In this document: positions 28,889 through 39,151 of the stretch, piece by piece
Layout: each line of letters begins with the position of its first letter
Numbering within the stretch: the first letter of the stretch is position 1
Source of the DNA: a bacterium
GTDB taxonomy: Bacteria > Zhuqueibacterota > Zhuqueibacteria > Residuimicrobiales > Krinioviventaceae
Direction: 5' to 3'
Assembly (NCBI GenBank): GCA_963675755.2
Contig: CAXXMD010000002.1
Location: forward strand, 1,664,001-1,728,000
Length of the DNA: 64,000 nucleotides
The notes under the pieces: model-generated
The model's input: only the letters and a program-made list of their open reading frames with translations
The model's database searches: none
Told to the model about the DNA's origin: nothing
Made by a program: the position numbers and the translations under genes

Positions 28889-30307
28889 TTATGGTTGCAC
28901 TACAGGAATTGGTATTTTTAATGTTATAGGTGCCGAAGATCCGAATGTTGTAGCATTTTCTTCGGTAGTGGCTTCACGTGACTCAACACCCGGTAAAAAT
29001 CCGGATGATACACTCAAAGCGGTACGGTCAAGACGGCTTCCTAAAGCGTCAGTAATTGAAGCATCTGAGCCTGTATTAGAAGAGGATGTTTTTCTTGTAG
29101 CTTTTACAGACTTGTTAGCTTGAGATCCTTTGCCTCCTCGACCTCCACGGGCAGTCACTGCGGCATATTTCGGTTTTTGAGTTCCTGCTGTTTTTTGATA
29201 ATTTGAATATGCCTGAGAACGTTCAATTCCCTGGGTAGCAGCAGTAAAACCGGGATCTTTGGTCAATGCAGCTTTGTAGCTCAACTCGGCCTGGTCAAAC
29301 AGCCCTCTGTCCTCCTGATCGAGCGCTTTACAATAATACATATAAGCGACGAGATTTTTAGTCGGAACACGTTCAATGGCCCGCCGTTCCTGAGGACTGA
29401 TCTTTATTCCCATTTCATCGATTATATTAAAAACCATATCTTTTTCAAGTTTGAACAATTCACGCAAACTACCGGCAGCATTGGTGGTGGTAGTTAATCC
29501 ACCGCCTTTAATATTGGTAATTCCGGCATCCACCCGCAATTGATTATTATCCAGTTGTGTCAAGGTACCCTGAACAACTTTGGATGCACCCAGCAATTTA
29601 CCAAACCGGGCTGCAGTGGCTTCATCAACAACGCCTGCCTGGCTCATCCCCATTTCTTCCATCAGGGTTTGCAAACGCGCGCGTTCTACAACGGTTAGCC
29701 CTTCAATCTGCGACAAATCGGTTATCAGCATCTCGGTTAAACCTTTTTGCAGCGGAGTTAATGCACCGGACTTGTTCATGTTGAGAAAATACAAAACCGC
29801 AATGGCATTGTCCGGTATGGAAGCAACTTCTAGTTGATCTTCCTGGGTCAAGGTCTTTTGCAGTTCCTGTTTGAGCCGCAATTTTACAAGTGCAACCAAC
29901 CTTTTTTCTAACTGTTGACGAAAAGGGTTCAATGGAGAAAGATTTACATAATTTTTATAAAGTGCAATAGCTTCTTTCAACTGTCCCGCTTCTTCATAAA
30001 CCTGACCGAGATAATAAGACACAACAGGATCATCCGGGTTTTTCAGCGCTGCAATCTTTAACAAACGCAGGGCAATCTTGCTATTCCCCTTGTGATACAA
30101 TGCAATTCCCAGATCCCGAATAGCATCGATATTTTTAGGATTCTCTCCAACCGCTTGTTTCAATTCTCGAATGGCCTGATTATAATTTTCATCTTTTAAA
30201 GCCTGTTGCCCCCGTGAATAATAGGTAGAGGCACAACCGGACAGCAATATGATTATGAGCGGCAGTAAAACATATTTTAAATATTTGAAATTCATCATGT
30301 TGATCAC
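28889..30307 (-). CDS. TPR + CsgG/HfaB-like domain lipoprotein
   Basis: Lipobox LLSGC, TPRs, IAVLYF...GLTEMLITDL...VVER..LQ.LMEE...GKLLGA. Confidence 0.75.
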   Translation of the reverse strand: MINMMNFKYLKYVLLPLIIILLSGCASTYYSRGQQALKDENYNQAIRELKQAVGENPKNIDAIRDLGIALYHKGNSKIALRLLKIAALKNPDDPVVSYYLGQVYEEAGQLKEAIALYKNYVNLSPLNPFRQQLEKRLVALVKLRLKQELQKTLTQEDQLEVASIPDNAIAVLYFLNMNKSGALTPLQKGLTEMLITDLSQIEGLTVVERARLQTLMEEMGMSQAGVVDEATAARFGKLLGASKVVQGTLTQLDNNQLRVDAGITNIKGGGLTTTTNAAGSLRELFKLEKDMVFNIIDEMGIKISPQERRAIERVPTKNLVAYMYYCKALDQEDRGLFDQAELSYKAALTKDPGFTAATQGIERSQAYSNYQKTAGTQKPKYAAVTARGGRGGKGSQANKSVKATRKTSSSNTGSDASITDALGSRLDRTALSVSSGFLPGVESREATTEENATTFGSSAPITLKIPIPVVQP

Positions 30308-30993
30308 TTGGCTTTCAATTCCTGAATTTTTTGAGTAGCTTTGGAAAACTGTTTATTCTTTTTCAGCGCGCGTTCATACATCTTAATCGCGTTTTTAACA
30401 TCACCCGCATCTTCGTACTCGAGCCCTCTGGCATAAAACAACGATGCTTCAAAATTGGTATTATCTACATCCCGTAATTTGGCAATTTCGGCCTTGGAAA
30501 TACGAACATCAAGATCTTTGATCACTTTGGCAACCAAACGGGTTACAAGTTTGTATAAATCTTTGGGTTTACCGGTTTCTTCTTCAGCTTTAATGGTAAT
30601 TCCGGTCTCAACTTCAACAATGCGAACATCTATACGCATTTTACCGTCAAACATGTGCATAAAAGAACCGAGCACCAGATTTTGAGCTCCTAATAGCTTG
30701 CCAACCTGTTGTGCAGAATTGGGATCAAGCATACCGCTTTGTCCCAGGGACATTTCCTGAAACAACTGCTCCAATTGCCCACGTTCAACCATCTGGAATT
30801 GTTCAATTTTGGAAAACTCTGTTGAAAGCATGTCTGCTAATCCCTTTTTCAGGGGATCCATCTCTTCACGTTTATCCAGACTGTTGTTTTCAAAATACAA
30901 AACTGCCATGGTGCGTTTACCGGTGGTTTGTCCCAAAACCGGTAATGAACACAGCAAAACCAAAATCAAAAAAGAAACTGCAAACTTTTTCAT
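30304..30993 (-). CDS. CsgG/HfaB-like domain protein with C-terminal TPR
   Basis: Signal peptide; MAVLYFEN...GLADML...VERGQLEQL.QEMSLGQSG...VGKLLGA...DVRIVEVETG. Confidence 0.75.
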   Translation of the reverse strand: MKKFAVSFLILVLLCSLPVLGQTTGKRTMAVLYFENNSLDKREEMDPLKKGLADMLSTEFSKIEQFQMVERGQLEQLFQEMSLGQSGMLDPNSAQQVGKLLGAQNLVLGSFMHMFDGKMRIDVRIVEVETGITIKAEEETGKPKDLYKLVTRLVAKVIKDLDVRISKAEIAKLRDVDNTNFEASLFYARGLEYEDAGDVKNAIKMYERALKKNKQFSKATQKIQELKAK

Positions 30994-31009
30994 AAACTAC
31001 ATTCCTATC

Positions 31010-32065
31010 TTAAACAAGACTCTTCAATTTCTGAATTTGTTTATCATTGCCCAAAGACAATAATTTATCATCTTTATCTAAAACTGTATATCCCGGAGGA
31101 TTGATCTCCATGGTTCTGTCTTTTTTTTCAATACCAATGATCATGGCGCCTTCTGTATCTCGTTTGATATAAGATTCATCAAGACGTTTTCCAATCAATT
31201 TGCTATTTTCTGATATAGCCATCTTTTCCAATCGCAAACCATAATCTGCGGCTTGGTTAAAAGAATCCATAAACTCTACCACATCAGGATTAATCAATAA
31301 CGAAGCCATACGCCTTCCACCAATTTCAAAAGGCGATACAACCTTGTCAGCACCCGCCAAAATCATTTTTTTACGAGAGGCATCATCTACACCACGGGCA
31401 ATAATACGTATTTTGGAATTCAATGCCCTTGCGGTCAATACCAGATACACATTGGCAGCATCATCAGAGATAGCGCTAATAAGGCCACTGGCATTCTGAA
31501 TACCGCTTTTTAACAAAATATCATCATCTGTGGCCTCTCCTATTGCGGCAATATACCCCATACCCAAAGCAGTGTCTATTTTATCATCATCCGTATCAAT
31601 AACAATAAACTCTTTATTTGCGTTTATCAATTGCTCGCATACTGATCGTCCAATTTTACCAAAACCGCAGACAATAATATGTTCTTGTAAACCCGTTATT
31701 GCTTTAACCATTTGTCTTCCTTTTAATAAATCTAAAAGGTGCCCTTGCACAAAAAAAGCTGCTATATTACCTATTGCATACCCGCCAATACCAATACCTA
31801 AAAAGATCATCAGCATGGTAAACAACCGACCGCCATCACTCAACTCTACAACTTCGTGAAAACCTACGGTAGCAATCGTGATAACCGTCATATACAACGC
31901 ATCAAGCAGCGGGATTTTTTCAATGATCCGATAACCCATAGTGCCGGTAACCAAGACAGCCAAAATGAGGAATGCCGCATAGATCAAACGCCTGAATGTT
32001 TCATGGCTCAGCAATGCTGACTTTGAAAGAGAAGTGAACGAGCGAATATGACGGGTACTATTCAT
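31010..32065 (-). CDS. Potassium channel protein (pore + RCK/TrkA-N/TrkA-C)
   Basis: TVGF selectivity filter, HIIVCGFGKIG, GEATDD and AGADKVVSP. Confidence 0.92.
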   Translation of the reverse strand: MNSTRHIRSFTSLSKSALLSHETFRRLIYAAFLILAVLVTGTMGYRIIEKIPLLDALYMTVITIATVGFHEVVELSDGGRLFTMLMIFLGIGIGGYAIGNIAAFFVQGHLLDLLKGRQMVKAITGLQEHIIVCGFGKIGRSVCEQLINANKEFIVIDTDDDKIDTALGMGYIAAIGEATDDDILLKSGIQNASGLISAISDDAANVYLVLTARALNSKIRIIARGVDDASRKKMILAGADKVVSPFEIGGRRMASLLINPDVVEFMDSFNQAADYGLRLEKMAISENSKLIGKRLDESYIKRDTEGAMIIGIEKKDRTMEINPPGYTVLDKDDKLLSLGNDKQIQKLKSLV

Positions 32066-32149
32066 AGCAATCTTTTTTATACAAAATTATTTTCAAAGAT
32101 ATGTATATTATTGGTTTAGCACAATATTTTTTTTCAATATAATGCAAGA

Positions 32150-33400
32150 TCAATCAAGCTGCTCAGGCATTGATGTCTTGAGGGGAAACAGTAAGCGTGT
32201 TCGCATCTCTTTATTTAACTTTAGCTTACCCGTCATTTGTTCATAATACGGCGCATCCCACGCATTTGCGGAACGTCGCAACAATAAAAATAATCCTTCG
32301 GCATTGGTATCAATATAATGTTCTATGCCACCGAGTTGTTCAAACTCCCAGGGTTCTCCATTAAGTGGACGCAATAAATAATCCATTGCTTTGCGCATGG
32401 AATGTCCGTCTTGAGAATAATTCCACAAATCCACCCCAACTTTATCTCCCATTGATGCCAGCTCAAACATACCTCGTAAATTCATCACGCTATAACTATA
32501 CGATTTGGTTCTATCAAGCTCATGGGGCTGGCCACCGTCCGGTTCTATATGTTTAGCAATACGGCATTCTTTGGCATCCTCAAGAATAGCAATTGCCAAA
32601 CTATCCTGACCGGTATACAATGCCATACTTACAGCCTGAACATCCCACCAGGTTCCATGATTATTGAAATAATAATGTTCATCTTTACCTTTTTCGCTGT
32701 TTATTAACCAATCCAGATAATCTTTGAACCAGGCCTGCATTCCCGTGTCATCCTTGGCAGTCCATGCCGGAGTAGTCTTGAGTATACATATCGCATCAAT
32801 ACAATTCATCAAATTCCGTGTACCGATGATACCAATCCCGCGCCCTGTAACACGCCCGGGTATAGCCTGCCCGAACTCGAGATGAGGATTCATACGGGTA
32901 GAATCATCAAGAAAAAATACACGCAACAAATGAGAAGCCTTTTCCGCGTAAACATCTTTATCAGAGAAAAAAGCCGCCAAAGCGAGTGTTTCAACTGTAT
33001 TTATCAATTTATTAAGAGTAGGCGCATCAGAACGACTGTCAATGCTTGCGGGATTCACCTCTCCATCTCTACGAATAAATGGCAGACCGTCTGGCTTTTC
33101 GGGATCAGGCCACCAGTATGGACCATAGCTCATAAAGTCATGTTTATCACCACTGGGCGGAACAATGCTTTTGTTTATGATTGTTAAATCAGGGCAACTT
33201 AAAGCCGCATCCGCATCTGCCAGCAACGCATTAAACGCAGGGATATACTCGGGGTCCGCAGCAACAATCCGTTCTTTGACATAATTCAGATCAGAAGGAT
33301 CCAGACGAAACGTTTTGCAATTTTTATCCAGCACAGAATCAGTTTGAAAACAATTCAAAAACATCAGGGGAAACAACAATACAAACAATCGTTTTTGCAT
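32150..33400 (-). CDS. Alginate lyase family protein
   Basis: PPSGDKHDF.S..PYWWP, RRDGEVNP, NNHGTW and QPHELDRT.S..YS..NL. Confidence 0.85.
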   Translation of the reverse strand: MQKRLFVLLFPLMFLNCFQTDSVLDKNCKTFRLDPSDLNYVKERIVAADPEYIPAFNALLADADAALSCPDLTIINKSIVPPSGDKHDFMSYGPYWWPDPEKPDGLPFIRRDGEVNPASIDSRSDAPTLNKLINTVETLALAAFFSDKDVYAEKASHLLRVFFLDDSTRMNPHLEFGQAIPGRVTGRGIGIIGTRNLMNCIDAICILKTTPAWTAKDDTGMQAWFKDYLDWLINSEKGKDEHYYFNNHGTWWDVQAVSMALYTGQDSLAIAILEDAKECRIAKHIEPDGGQPHELDRTKSYSYSVMNLRGMFELASMGDKVGVDLWNYSQDGHSMRKAMDYLLRPLNGEPWEFEQLGGIEHYIDTNAEGLFLLLRRSANAWDAPYYEQMTGKLKLNKEMRTRLLFPLKTSMPEQLD

Positions 33401-33622
33401 GACATCTCCGATAAATTTTGATTATTTATAGTATAATCAAAATTTTAGAGGAAAGCAAAATCAATTCAAAGCAGCTTGTAAAAATGGCTTGCATTTCAAA
33501 AAATCTATTATAAATTTATATTATCAAATCTTTGGGTAGATGTTTTAGGGTAAATATTTATAACAGAAAAAACGGGGACGATCAATCAGGAGCACATTTT
33601 CTGTTAGAAAGGGGTAACAAAA

Positions 33623-34537
33623 ATGATTTTTCTGGTTGAAGATGAACCAATCTATCAAAAATTAATATCCAGTGCTTTACAGCCTCTGCACTGTGAAATT
33701 GATATTGCCAATGATGGCTATTCGGCAATTGAAAAATTTAAACCCGATATTCACAAGCTTGCAATAATTGATCTGGTTTTACCAGGCCCCATGAATGGTA
33801 TTGAAGTAATCCGAAAACTGTTACAGTTAAAACCTGACCTAACAGTACTGGTTTGCTCTGGCTACGGAAACCACACCATCCAAACCAAAATTAAAAAAGC
33901 CGGTGCGCACGATTTTATCTATAAACCCTTTACTCCGGATCAAATGCTTGATAAAGTTGCAGCATTTTTGGATTTGCAAACACCAACAAGCAGACAACAG
34001 GCTGAAAAAGTCAACAACAGTCAACTTGAAAACAACGCTCATGATACCACCACAATACAAAAAGACACCAGTATAGATACTACAAAATCAACAGCACAAA
34101 TGACTTTTCCTCAAATATTTGAGAAATTTCCCACACCGATTATTAAAGAAATCTTTAAAATTGGTTCACAACTTCGTTTACTAAAACAATGCCGAGATAC
34201 CATCAATTATACCGAATCGATAATAACAGTTACATCCGGTCAATTGCGATGCTATTGTAAAAACCAGGTAATAGGTATACTGGAAGCCGGCCAAAGCCTG
34301 GGCTTTGAATCACTAACAAAAGAATACGATTCCCACTGTAATATTGAAATTGAAGCATTAACAACAACTACTTTGTTAATTATACCCAAAATCCATTTTT
34401 TACAATTCTTTTGCAATCATAGTGAGAATCTACTCGCCCAACTTGAACAAAATCTCAAACATGCAATGCCACAAAACTTGTTATACAAAGCGGGGATGCT
34501 GAATCCAAAACAAAGCCAGGTAAAAATACTCCACTAA
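33623..34537 (+). CDS. Response regulator receiver + degenerate cNMP-binding-like domain
   Basis: VEDE, DLVLPG and KPF receiver motifs; C-terminal G.L.C..G.LEAGQSLG. Confidence 0.75.
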   Translation: MIFLVEDEPIYQKLISSALQPLHCEIDIANDGYSAIEKFKPDIHKLAIIDLVLPGPMNGIEVIRKLLQLKPDLTVLVCSGYGNHTIQTKIKKAGAHDFIYKPFTPDQMLDKVAAFLDLQTPTSRQQAEKVNNSQLENNAHDTTTIQKDTSIDTTKSTAQMTFPQIFEKFPTPIIKEIFKIGSQLRLLKQCRDTINYTESIITVTSGQLRCYCKNQVIGILEAGQSLGFESLTKEYDSHCNIEIEALTTTTLLIIPKIHFLQFFCNHSENLLAQLEQNLKHAMPQNLLYKAGMLNPKQSQVKILH

Positions 34538-34650
34538 CATCATGAACCTTTCTTTGAATCAACCTGGTCTGAAAATTATTTCTTGTTAAATGTTTTAAAA
34601 ATTGTATATTAGGTTTGTTGTAATTTAGAATTGGTTGAATTGGTGATGGA

Positions 34651-35634
34651 ATGATCCTAATTGTAGAAGATGAGGCCTTGTTCAGTCAAGCAATCGCAGA
34701 AATGCTTGATGGATTTGGTAAAAGAGTCATAATCGCTACTGATGGCGACCAGGCTCTTGAAAAAATGGAAAAATATCATTACTCTCTTGCTGTTATTGAT
34801 TTGGTTTTACCGGGACCAATGAATGGGTTAGAAGTGATTAAAAAGATAAAACTTCATACTCCAAGTACCCGTGTAATTGCTATTTCAGGTTATGGAAATC
34901 AATCTCTGATTCAAAAAACATACAAAGCCGGTGCGGATGTATTCATAGCTAAACCATTCAAACCTGTTGAATTGATTGATCATGTTGAAAAATTGTTATT
35001 CAAGCGTAAAACCGTTGAAACAGAAGAATCTCTGCCAGATATGGAAAAACCTACAACTCCGCCCTCAGCAACACCCGAGCTTGTAGCAGAGCCTGTTATC
35101 CCCCCACAACCTCAACCTGTTGTCAATCAACCCGAACCTGCAAGAGCTGGTAGCAATACTATACCAGAACTTTTTAAAAATTTTCCACAAAAATCTTTGG
35201 TCGAGTTAGTCAAACTGGGTAAAATCACAAAAATCAACCAGGGACAAAAACTTAAAATCAATTATACTGAAAATATTGTTATTGTTGCCGGGGGTATGGT
35301 AGGATGCTCAAAAGATAATATGCATGTAGGCATGTTGAACGTACGCGAATCCATAGGGCAGGAATCTCTCACCCAGGATATTGATCCCAATGCCTGGGTC
35401 ATCATTGAAACAACTGTTCCCAGCAGGCTCTTTATCATCTCCAAAGTACAACTGTTACGATACCTCAGCAATCATTCCGAACTGCTTTTAGAGACATTCA
35501 AGGCCAATTTGAAGGATTCGTTAAAGCACAATATCATCCTCAAAGCGGCCCGGCATATGGATGCATCCGGAGAATCTGGAATATCAAAAGATTCCACTGA
35601 AAACCGGAACCCACAGGACGATTTAATATTATAA
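34651..35634 (+). CDS. Response regulator receiver + Pro-rich linker + cNMP-binding-like domain (paralog of 33623..34537)
   Basis: Shares IDLVLPGPMNG, SGYGN and KAGA with the upstream paralog. Confidence 0.75.
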   Translation: MILIVEDEALFSQAIAEMLDGFGKRVIIATDGDQALEKMEKYHYSLAVIDLVLPGPMNGLEVIKKIKLHTPSTRVIAISGYGNQSLIQKTYKAGADVFIAKPFKPVELIDHVEKLLFKRKTVETEESLPDMEKPTTPPSATPELVAEPVIPPQPQPVVNQPEPARAGSNTIPELFKNFPQKSLVELVKLGKITKINQGQKLKINYTENIVIVAGGMVGCSKDNMHVGMLNVRESIGQESLTQDIDPNAWVIIETTVPSRLFIISKVQLLRYLSNHSELLLETFKANLKDSLKHNIILKAARHMDASGESGISKDSTENRNPQDDLIL

Positions 35635-35682
35635 TATTCTAAACTCCAATCTAACAGACCAAAATATAAAAACGAGGAAACT

Positions 35683-36540
35683 ATGAAGAAAATCTTGTTT
35701 ATAGTTGTAATGGTTTTAATAGCATTACCCGCTTTTTCATCAGGTAATTCCGATACACAGAATATTATGACCTTTAATTTACGGTTCAACAATCCCAATG
35801 ATGGTGAAAACGCATGGCCCTTGAGAAAAGATAATGCTGTTAGTATGATTCGATTTTACGATGCAGATATTGTAGGTTGTCAGGAAGCATTAATTGATCA
35901 GGTTGAATATTTGGATGAAAAACTGGACGATTATTCCTGGTATGGATTGGGAAGAGATGATGGTAAAAAAGACGGTGAGATTATGGCCGTTTTTTATAAA
36001 ACTGATAGATACAAAGTACTGATGGATTCAACAATCTGGCTTTCTCAAACACCTACCCAACCAGGAAAAGGCTGGGATGCCGCTTGTAATCGTACAATTA
36101 CCGTATTGAAATTCCAAGACAAAAATAACCAAAAGATCTTTTATCTGTTCAATACACATTTTGACCACAGAGGCCAGGAAGCACGCCGCAAAAGTGCACA
36201 ATTGTTAATTAAATCGGTCAAGGAAATTGCCGGTAAAACCCCATTTGTGATCACAGGTGATTTTAATATGGTTCCCGAGAGTGAACCTTATCAAATCATA
36301 ACCAGTAGTAAATCACCCAAAATTATAGACGCAAAAACAATTACACAGCTTCCACACCATGGACCAACAGGTACTTCAACTGGATTTAAAATAGAAAATA
36401 TTGACAAAAAGAAACGTATCGATTATATTTTTACTGGAACAGGCATTCAGGTATTGAGGCATGCAACGCTTTCAGATACCTTTGACGGGAAACTTCCATC
36501 AGACCATTTCCCGGTATTGGCAGAAATTAAACTACCATAA
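35683..36540 (+). CDS. Endonuclease/exonuclease/phosphatase family secreted protein
   Basis: MTFNLR, GCQE, NTHFDH, TGDFN, RIDYIF and SDHFPV. Confidence 0.9.
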   Translation: MKKILFIVVMVLIALPAFSSGNSDTQNIMTFNLRFNNPNDGENAWPLRKDNAVSMIRFYDADIVGCQEALIDQVEYLDEKLDDYSWYGLGRDDGKKDGEIMAVFYKTDRYKVLMDSTIWLSQTPTQPGKGWDAACNRTITVLKFQDKNNQKIFYLFNTHFDHRGQEARRKSAQLLIKSVKEIAGKTPFVITGDFNMVPESEPYQIITSSKSPKIIDAKTITQLPHHGPTGTSTGFKIENIDKKKRIDYIFTGTGIQVLRHATLSDTFDGKLPSDHFPVLAEIKLP

Positions 36541-36565
36541 ATAAAATGATCAAAAAGGAGCAGAT

Positions 36566-37585
36566 ATGAAAAAGGTATTAATAGCATTACTTTCCTTGCT
36601 TTTTATCCTGGTTGCTTGCAGTACCCAAAATGCAGATAAACCTGCAGAAACAATTGTAAAACAACAGTTTATTTTTTCAATGGAATACCCTCCAACCCCG
36701 GAGTGCCACGCATCTACTATTGAAGAAACACCGGAAGGTCTTATTGCCGCATGGTTTGCAGGTACCAAGGAAAAAGATCCTGATGTAGGAATATGGACAT
36801 CACATTATACCAAAGCAAATGGCTGGTCTGCTCCGGTTGAAGTGATTGATGATCCTACCTACCCATGTTGGAATCCTGTACTGTTTCAGCCTTCCAGCGG
36901 CCCGCTGCTGCTTTTCTACAAAGTTGGTCCTACTCCGCGTGATTGGTGGGGAATGGTCCTCAAATCAAACGATAATGGTAAAACCTGGGGCAAACCGGAA
37001 AGATTGCCCGATGGATTTCTGGGTCCCATTAAAAATAAGCCTATCGAAACCAAACCGGGGATGGTCCTGTGCCCAACAAGTACCGAACACGACGGTTGGG
37101 TAGTACATTTTGAAATTCTGGACCTGTCTGATTGGAGCTGGTGGAAAACAGGTCGTTTAAATGACGCAGAAAAATATGGTGCCATTCAACCCACCCTTTT
37201 GACATATCCTGATGGAAAGATTCAGGCATTGAACCGTAGTCGTCAAAAGGTAATTACCGAATTATGGTCAAGTGATGGCGGAAGAACCTGGAGTGAAATG
37301 ACCGATACCATGCTTCCGAATCCCAACTCGGGTATTGACGGCGTTACATTAAAAGATGGTCGTCAGGTTTTGATCTATAATCATACTCCCAAAGGACGTT
37401 CTCCTATCAATCTGGCAGTATCCAAAGACGGAAAAAACTGGAATCCCGTTCTTGAACTGGAAACCATTGAAGGAGAATTCTCATATCCTGCAGTTATTCA
37501 AAGTTCAGATGGTATGGTACAAATCCTTTATACTTATAAACGCAAAACAATCAAACACGTAATTGTAGATCCTTCTACATTTTAG
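36566..37585 (+). CDS. Sialidase-like (BNR_2) lipoprotein
   Basis: Lipobox LVAC; CHAST, WFAGT.E, WNPVL, GPIKNKP, Asp boxes SNDNGKTW and SSDGGRTW, EFSYP. Confidence 0.85.
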   Translation: MKKVLIALLSLLFILVACSTQNADKPAETIVKQQFIFSMEYPPTPECHASTIEETPEGLIAAWFAGTKEKDPDVGIWTSHYTKANGWSAPVEVIDDPTYPCWNPVLFQPSSGPLLLFYKVGPTPRDWWGMVLKSNDNGKTWGKPERLPDGFLGPIKNKPIETKPGMVLCPTSTEHDGWVVHFEILDLSDWSWWKTGRLNDAEKYGAIQPTLLTYPDGKIQALNRSRQKVITELWSSDGGRTWSEMTDTMLPNPNSGIDGVTLKDGRQVLIYNHTPKGRSPINLAVSKDGKNWNPVLELETIEGEFSYPAVIQSSDGMVQILYTYKRKTIKHVIVDPSTF

Positions 37586-37588
37586 CAT

Positions 37589-37629
37589 AAAAAAGCCCCC
37601 GGATTTATAAAGTCCGGGGGCTTTTTTTT
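37589..37629. terminator. Bidirectional intrinsic terminator
   Basis: aaaaaagcccccgga...tccgggggctttttttt between convergent genes. Confidence 0.88.
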
Positions 37630-37652
37630 AAATATCTGCACAAAAACAAACC

Positions 37653-38495
37653 TTATAACATTGACAATACACCTTTAATATAACCAATAGATTCCGCGGC
37701 ACCTGCCAAAGGATCATCTCCGTCCTTTTCATATTCCAGAGAAACTTTACCTTTATAGCCCAAATCAACCAGTGTTTTGAGGAATCTGGGGATATCAATC
37801 ACACCACGCCCAACTTGCAGGGTACTTCCCTTTTCTGTAGATTCAGTAACGTCTTTGATGTGCACATCAAACAATCGATCAAAGTATTTTTTAGATTCAC
37901 CAGCAGGGTCTAGTCCAATACGTTGCGTATGGCCAATATCCATACACAAGCCAAAACGTTTGTCTAGATTTTTAATGCGGTCATAGGCATCACTGGGCGC
38001 AGGATATCGTTTATCACCAGGTCCATGATTGTGAATTGCCACCATAATATCATATTCTTTGATCTTTTCATTAACCAGTTCTAAGAGATTGTGTTCAGGA
38101 ACACCAATAATCATTTTCATTCCAGCAGTTTTTGCATATTCAAATGCCTGGTTTACCTGTGCTTCATTTTCCATATAAACCACACCGCATCCATATAGGT
38201 TTAATCCTGCAGCTTTGGTTTTTTCAACAGTTTCTTTGATCTTTTCCGGTGAAGAGTCGAGTGGTAAATGCATGCTTTTAAATGCAATATTTTTTACACC
38301 CACTTTATTTGTCATTTCAAGGGTTTCTTCAAGACTGAATTTACGAAAAGTATAAGAAGCCATACCTAAATCCAATGGACAGTCTTTGCTCGTTTTATCA
38401 AACCTGGCGCCATACACTGAAGAAGCCAATGCGCCCGCAGCAGCTACACCAATGCCTGCGGTTTTGAAAAAATCTCTTCTTGATTGATGAGACAT
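37653..38495 (-). CDS. Tat-exported sugar phosphate isomerase/epimerase (AP endonuclease 2 fold)
   Basis: Likely start MSHQSRRDFFK (Tat motif); IHNHG, DIGH, HIKD and LEYE. Confidence 0.85.
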   Translation of the reverse strand: MSHQSRRDFFKTAGIGVAAAGALASSVYGARFDKTSKDCPLDLGMASYTFRKFSLEETLEMTNKVGVKNIAFKSMHLPLDSSPEKIKETVEKTKAAGLNLYGCGVVYMENEAQVNQAFEYAKTAGMKMIIGVPEHNLLELVNEKIKEYDIMVAIHNHGPGDKRYPAPSDAYDRIKNLDKRFGLCMDIGHTQRIGLDPAGESKKYFDRLFDVHIKDVTESTEKGSTLQVGRGVIDIPRFLKTLVDLGYKGKVSLEYEKDGDDPLAGAAESIGYIKGVLSML

Positions 38496-38551
38496 TTTTG
38501 AACCTCCATTTTTTTGAATGGCATAAAGTAACATGAAATTCATGAAATGTC

Positions 38552-38585
38552 AATAAATAATTTGAACCGGTTCAAATTATTTATT
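38552..38585. promoter_or_regulatory. Perfect 34-bp palindrome, candidate LacI-type operator
   Basis: aataaataatttgaacc|ggttcaaattatttatt upstream of the minus-strand epimerase. Confidence 0.55.
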
Positions 38586-39021
38586 TTTCCGGTTTATCGC
38601 TCACCATATATATCAATGCTTCGCCTTCAACACAAACGGTGCCATCCTGTTTTTCACATAAAAGCTTTAATGTTACAATGGGTTTATCTTCTCGCAGGTG
38701 AGATACCGTAGCAGAAGCAGTGATGGTATCACCAATAAATACGGGGGCTTTCATATCAAAATTATAATTGAGAGAAACACCTCCGGGTGTAGTTAACGCA
38801 CTTGTACAGTTTTGAACAAGCGAAGCTGTTAAAAAACCATGTGCAATACGCTGACCAAATTGTGTGGTCTTGGCATAAGTATCATCAACATGAATACGAT
38901 TAAAATCACCTGTAATGCCTGCAAATAAATAAATATCACTTTCTGAAAGCGTTTTTACAAATTCATGCCGTAATCCAATATACATATCAGACATGTGCTT
39001 TTCGGCTATATCTTTAGACAT
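38581..39021 (-). CDS. MaoC family dehydratase
   Basis: FAGITGDFNRIH, IAHG and APVFIGDTI; likely start MSKDIAE. Confidence 0.9.
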   Translation of the reverse strand: MSKDIAEKHMSDMYIGLRHEFVKTLSESDIYLFAGITGDFNRIHVDDTYAKTTQFGQRIAHGFLTASLVQNCTSALTTPGGVSLNYNFDMKAPVFIGDTITASATVSHLREDKPIVTLKLLCEKQDGTVCVEGEALIYMVSDKPEK

Positions 39022-39151
39022 TTGACCTCCTAATACAACACAAATAATCAAGTTGCAATAAACAAGAATTTAATGTATACTATACAAAATTGCACAATCA
39101 AAAACAATCAAGTAATTATAGCTGTTATACCCAATAAACTGGAGAACCAAA

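Noticed and set aside
28889-30993. Curli secretion system
   Set aside because: No curlin-repeat, CsgE or CsgF genes; CsgG-like domains occur widely outside curli loci.
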